Part shown: positions 60,162 through 64,000 of the stretch, piece after piece
Layout: every line of letters starts with the position of its first letter
Position numbering within the stretch: position 1 is the stretch's first letter
Notes under the pieces: model-generated
What the model saw: the letters and a program-made list of their open reading frames with translations, nothing else
The model's database searches: none
What the model was told of the DNA's origin: nothing
Source: a virus
Lineage: Duplodnaviria; Caudoviricetes
Virus record (IMG/VR): IMGVR_UViG_3300015607_000582
Location: 1 to 64,000 of that record
DNA: 64,000 nt
Direction: 5' to 3' (one strand)
Position numbers and translations under genes: made by a program

Positions 60162-60202
60162 ACTCTACCGGATCATCGTACCCCATGCAACCCCTGTTGC
60201 AA
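60162..60202 (-). promoter_or_regulatory. early promoter, third copy
   Basis: TGCAAC-AGGG-GTTGCAT-N17-TAGAGT. Confidence 0.7.
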
Positions 60203-60224
60203 ACATCGTTGATGCACCGCCGCA

Positions 60225-60518
60225 TCACTGGGGGCGATGAAGCCCCTTCGACCACCGCTGGTCGAGCTTGAGGGCCAGACCCGCCAGCGTCTTGCCGACG
60301 GCGTCGTCCCCCGCCTTGCTCGCAATGCGGGCGAGGTCTTCGAGGATGGCCTTGCGCTCCTGCGCCTGCCCGTTGGCGTAGGCGAGGTCGTGCCCCGAGG
60401 GCATGGGCTTGGCGCTGTCCATCTCACGTACGCGCAGGAGGGCGGCCGTCACCTCGTCGGTCACGTCCTCGTACTCCTCGACGCCGGGCGTGTCGCGCCA
60501 GTAGCGAACCTCAGACAT
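60225..60518 (-). CDS. hypothetical protein
   Basis: 97 aa. Confidence 0.6.
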   Translation of the reverse strand: MSEVRYWRDTPGVEEYEDVTDEVTAALLRVREMDSAKPMPSGHDLAYANGQAQERKAILEDLARIASKAGDDAVGKTLAGLALKLDQRWSKGLHRPQ

Positions 60519-60888
60519 GGGTGGCCTTCCTCAGCTCAGCCACGAGCTTGGCCAGTGCGCCGCCGTCGTTGACCGCCATGGCGTAGCCCTCCAGCTTGGC
60601 GAACAGGATGCCCTTGGTGCTGGAGTCGAGCTTGGCCGCCTCGCGGTTGGCTGCAGCGACGCGATCCGCTTCGGCCTTCGCCTTGCGCTTATTCTGGTAG
60701 TAGGGCGACTTGAGCCGCTTGACTGCGCCTGCCTTGCGCTTGGCTGCCATGCACGAGTCGCAGACGGACATCGGCGTCTTCCAGCGCGGGTGCAGCTCGA
60801 AGCGGTCGAGCATCTTGGTCTTCCCGCATGCGCTGCATGTGCGGCTGCCCGTCGCTACCTGCGCGAGCTTGGTCGTTGCTGCGTTCAC
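60511..60888 (-). CDS. Zn-ribbon basic protein
   Basis: RTCSACGKTK..F...CDSC. Confidence 0.6.
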   Translation of the reverse strand: MNAATTKLAQVATGSRTCSACGKTKMLDRFELHPRWKTPMSVCDSCMAAKRKAGAVKRLKSPYYQNKRKAKAEADRVAAANREAAKLDSSTKGILFAKLEGYAMAVNDGGALAKLVAELRKATHV

Positions 60889-61304
60889 TTGCCTGCTCCG
60901 TTGTGATGGTGGTTCATGTAGCTCGCCATGATGATGGCACGACGGCGAGCCTTGATGCGTCGGCGCTCCATCTCCTCGTCGGAGAGGGGCTGGGTGGATG
61001 AGCCGTGGGGGTTGGCCGCCTGCCATGGCTGCACTGGCGTGCTGGTGGTGTGACCGTGTGGACTGGCGTGCGTGGTCGGGGGCTTGGGCCTGCGCGTGAC
61101 GGCGAAGCCGATCAGGTAGAGCGGCGCGTACAGCAGCGAGCCGTAGAAGGCCGTCGCCAGCACGGTGACCAGCAGCGTGGGCAGTGCGCCCATGGCGCTG
61201 CCGTACTCGCCCCATGCCCAGAGGAAGAACAGGCCGACCACCGAGTAGGGCGGCACGGCCAGCACGTATGGCCAGACGGGCTTGTCCATGGTCAGCCGTC
61301 CCAT
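60885..61304 (-). CDS. membrane protein
   Basis: two to three TM segments. Confidence 0.6.
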   Translation of the reverse strand: MGRLTMDKPVWPYVLAVPPYSVVGLFFLWAWGEYGSAMGALPTLLVTVLATAFYGSLLYAPLYLIGFAVTRRPKPPTTHASPHGHTTSTPVQPWQAANPHGSSTQPLSDEEMERRRIKARRRAIIMASYMNHHHNGAGK

Positions 61305-61771
61305 TCGTCGTCGTAGGTGAACGGGGCCATCGTCTCGACATTGCCACGCTGGTCGAGCACGACGGTCGTGCCGTCATCGCTCAGGCTGATGACTGCCTGC
61401 CGCTGGTAGCTCGGGTGGAGCTTGAGCTGCTTCATGCCATGGACGAGCATCTTGGTGGACAGGGGAGCCGGTGCGGGGTTGGCCAGTGAGCCGCCGGGCT
61501 TGAGCATGGCGAGCTGCTGTGCGTTCCAGTAGTACCAGACGGCGAGGTTGCGCTCGTCGTCGGTGTGGGCCGCCTGTCGCATCGCTGCTTCGAGTGCTGC
61601 TGCCGCCACGTCGCCGTCGGTCTCGAACTCGTCGAAGATGAGCAGGACGCCGGGCTGTGGCTGGTGCAGGTCGTCGAGCGTGAGCCCCGCCTTGAGCTGA
61701 TCCTCCAGCATCACGATGGTCGCCGACTCCAACTCGGGCGAGTACGCCGTCGTCCTCAGTGCCTTCGTCAT
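61292..61771 (-). CDS. hypothetical protein
   Basis: ACGGAG RBS; 159 aa. Confidence 0.65.
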   Translation of the reverse strand: MTKALRTTAYSPELESATIVMLEDQLKAGLTLDDLHQPQPGVLLIFDEFETDGDVAAAALEAAMRQAAHTDDERNLAVWYYWNAQQLAMLKPGGSLANPAPAPLSTKMLVHGMKQLKLHPSYQRQAVISLSDDGTTVVLDQRGNVETMAPFTYDDEWDG

Positions 61772-61856
61772 GTCGTGCGCTCCGTTTCGGTGTCGCGTTG
61801 CTGATGACTTGCGTGTGCAGTCTGACCGATCATGCTCTCCTTACACGCGCGAAGGG

Positions 61857-62708
61857 TCAAGTGCTCTCGGGGCTGGCCTCGATCAACGGCATGTTGGCCG
61901 CTTCGAGCTGGATGCCGGACTGCTGCGCCATGAGCACCATGCCCTCGACGTCTGCCCGTGCCTTGGTGACCACGTTCTCGACGTGCTTGGTCAGGGACTT
62001 GGCCGCGTGCTCCGTGTTGGCCGGGGCGTTGCCCATGCGGTTCTGGAGCTTGCGGAGCTTCTCGCCCATCACCTTGCGTCCCGCCTTGTCGTCGAACGCC
62101 TGCTGCAGCTCATCGTATGCCTGCTGGATCTCGTCCAGTGCGTGGGTGGCCGCCTGCTTGACCTCGGCGTGGGATTCGCTGAGCCGACCGGCGAACGGAG
62201 ACTGGGGCGTCTGGCCGTCAGGCAGGTCGCAGGAGCGGAACCACGAGAGCGTGGCCGGAACCCCCGTGCCGTTGCCGAAGCTGGAGACGAACGCGCCCCA
62301 CTGGGCCTCGCTCATGTCGAACTCCATGAGCTGCCGAACGGCGTGGTGCCAGTCGTGGTTCAGGTCGCGCTTGCGACTGCCCTGCGAGATCGTGACGCGG
62401 ATGAAGTGCTGGTGACGGATCTCGCTGTCGAACAGGGCACGACCGGGCGGGCCGCTGCGCACGCGGTTGGCCCGAACGAGCAGCCAGCTCTCGTGCTCCT
62501 CCTCGCCGTGCTCGTTGATGCGGATCTCGGTGATGGGGTTGAGCCGCGCACGGAAGTCTCCCTGCCACTCCTCGCCATCCATGGAGCGATGGGTCGTGTG
62601 GGTCGCGCCATGCAGCACGCAGGTGGACTGGGCACGGATCGGGCTGGGCGGCACTGCGCCGCAACGTGAACTGGTCATCGTGATCTCCTTCTTGGCGCTC
62701 AGCGCCAC
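61857..62708 (-). CDS. conserved phage protein of unknown function
   Basis: LFDSEIRH...RDLNHDW...MSEAQWGAFVSS..GTGVPATL motif. Confidence 0.7.
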   Translation of the reverse strand: MALSAKKEITMTSSRCGAVPPSPIRAQSTCVLHGATHTTHRSMDGEEWQGDFRARLNPITEIRINEHGEEEHESWLLVRANRVRSGPPGRALFDSEIRHQHFIRVTISQGSRKRDLNHDWHHAVRQLMEFDMSEAQWGAFVSSFGNGTGVPATLSWFRSCDLPDGQTPQSPFAGRLSESHAEVKQAATHALDEIQQAYDELQQAFDDKAGRKVMGEKLRKLQNRMGNAPANTEHAAKSLTKHVENVVTKARADVEGMVLMAQQSGIQLEAANMPLIEASPEST

Positions 62709-63256
62709 GCCATGCGGTTGTAGTCGAAGTCGGGAAGCTGCCAGTCGCCGAGCAGCACCGCGCTGGTGCGCAGGCGTTCGGCGCGCTTCTCGGCCCTGAA
62801 CTCGTCAGGCAGCCACACGACGTTGAAGCCCGCGTAGTTCTTGATCTGGACGCCCCAGCCGCCGCGTGCTTCGACCCCGACGAGCACGCGGTCGCCATCC
62901 TCGTCCTCCGGCGCGAGCGAGACCATCGTCGGCCCCGAGAGGTAGCCGCTGCGATCATGGATCGTCCAGCCGTAGCGGGTCGGGGCCGCGAGCTGGAGGA
63001 TGGAGCGGATGCCGCCTGCCTGCAGCGCGAAGGCCATGCCGGGCTCCTTGCGCGGAGCGTGCAGCCATGGGCACGAGAGGGTGTCGAGCACTGCGCGCGA
63101 CTCACGCTCGCGAATCGCCTTCTGGATCTGGCCGATCTGCTGCTGGCGATCCTTGGACGCTGCGTCCAGTGCGGCGCGCTCCTCCTTGAGCGTGGCGATG
63201 CGCTGCTCGTCGCTCTGCATCGAGGCGAGCACGTCGTTGATGAGGGTGTCTGACAT
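62699..63256 (-). CDS. hypothetical protein
   Basis: 185 aa; coiled-coil N-terminus. Confidence 0.6.
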   Translation of the reverse strand: MSDTLINDVLASMQSDEQRIATLKEERAALDAASKDRQQQIGQIQKAIRERESRAVLDTLSCPWLHAPRKEPGMAFALQAGGIRSILQLAAPTRYGWTIHDRSGYLSGPTMVSLAPEDEDGDRVLVGVEARGGWGVQIKNYAGFNVVWLPDEFRAEKRAERLRTSAVLLGDWQLPDFDYNRMAWR

Positions 63257-63262
63257 GTCCGT

Positions 63263-63487
63263 TCAGTCCTTGTCGTATGCGGGGTCGTCGTCGTAGGTGG
63301 TCTGCCAAGTGTCGTCGTCCGGGCCGTACTTCTCGTGGACGACGCCGTCGCCGTGGATGTGCCGGTAGGCGCTGCCCGCCGTGCCGAACAGGATCACCTT
63401 GCCGGTCTTGCCAGTGGCGAGGCTGTCGAGCTTGCCGTCGTAGCGACGGGGCTGGGCGACGTAGCCGAGGAAGGTCTTGGTGGTCAT
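63263..63487 (-). CDS. hypothetical protein
   Basis: MTTKTFLGY...; ATGA overlap. Confidence 0.55.
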   Translation of the reverse strand: MTTKTFLGYVAQPRRYDGKLDSLATGKTGKVILFGTAGSAYRHIHGDGVVHEKYGPDDDTWQTTYDDDPAYDKD

Positions 63488-64000
63488 GCGGTCACCTCGA
63501 CCTTCTTGGCGGCGAGCTGCTCGCGGATGACCTGCTCGATGATCGGGGCGACCGCGACCGGGCCGTCGGCCTTCTTGGCCTGCTCCTTGGCGATCTCGGC
63601 CACGAGCGGGGCGAGGGCGGTGTAGCCACCGTAGCTCCAGCGGCTGCGGCTGACGGCCCACTGCATGCTGTAGCAGCCGAAGTAGGTGCCCTTCTCGCCC
63701 GTGACCTTGCGCAGGATGCCAGCAGCAATCTGGCTCGGCATCTCTGCCTTGGGGTCAGCGACGTTGTAGAGATCAGCCCAGTCCACGATCAGGTGGCGAC
63801 CGCAGACGTGAGCGCCATGGCCGAGGTCGAACTTGCCGGGGTTGGTGCAGGAGCGAGCCGAGCACATGGGGTACTCGACCTTGGCCTTCACCTCGCCAGC
63901 GCGCACCTTGGTGGCCACGCCGTTCTTGACGAACGTGCCGCCGCCGTTGGTCTTGAGGTGGTTCTTGGCGTCGGTGATCGTGCGAGCGTGGCCGTCCCAG
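63484..64000 (-). CDS. hypothetical protein (5' end outside window)
   Basis: frame open to the window edge; C-x4-C...CGRH. Confidence 0.55.
   Translation of the reverse strand, partial: WDGHARTITDAKNHLKTNGGGTFVKNGVATKVRAGEVKAKVEYPMCSARSCTNPGKFDLGHGAHVCGRHLIVDWADLYNVADPKAEMPSQIAAGILRKVTGEKGTYFGCYSMQWAVSRSRWSYGGYTALAPLVAEIAKEQAKKADGPVAVAPIIEQVIREQLAAKKVEVTA

Noticed and set aside
1-64000. Alternative genetic code or stop readthrough
   Set aside because: Genes tile densely under the standard code, with TGA, TAG and TAA all used as stops.

Overview
The whole window is part of a GC-rich, contractile-tailed (myovirus) phage genome. By recalled similarity of the major capsid, decoration and prohead protease proteins it is related to the Bxz1/cluster C mycobacteriophage lineage; one small gene hints at a Thermoleophilia (Solirubrobacterales)-type actinobacterial host. 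Almost all genes are on the - strand. Positions 1-41.2 kb hold the virion module: tape measure start, frameshifted tail chaperone, tube, sheath, neck, capsid, protease/scaffold, endolysin, very large modular proteins (one carrying an intein) and fibre-like proteins. A + strand five-gene island interrupts it at 8.7-11.4 kb. Positions 41.2-64 kb hold dense small early/middle genes (MazG, two metallophosphoesterases, a sigma factor, AbrB, thioredoxin, HTH proteins, many hypotheticals). The most interesting signals are: (1) apparent capsid-cargo polyproteins whose modules are joined by [K/R]-x-A sites and a shared PDTLPEHW-type linker; (2) three readable promoter classes: early TTGCWT-N16/17-TAGAGT, middle GGTTCGTCCG-N10-TANNRT, and late CTAA-N4-YG(A) in 17 copies, often apparently leaderless; (3) two non-canonical tRNA-like elements and two structured intergenic regions; (4) an intein at the HC motif of a PcfJ-like domain. 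All family assignments come from motif recognition and memory, not from database searches.
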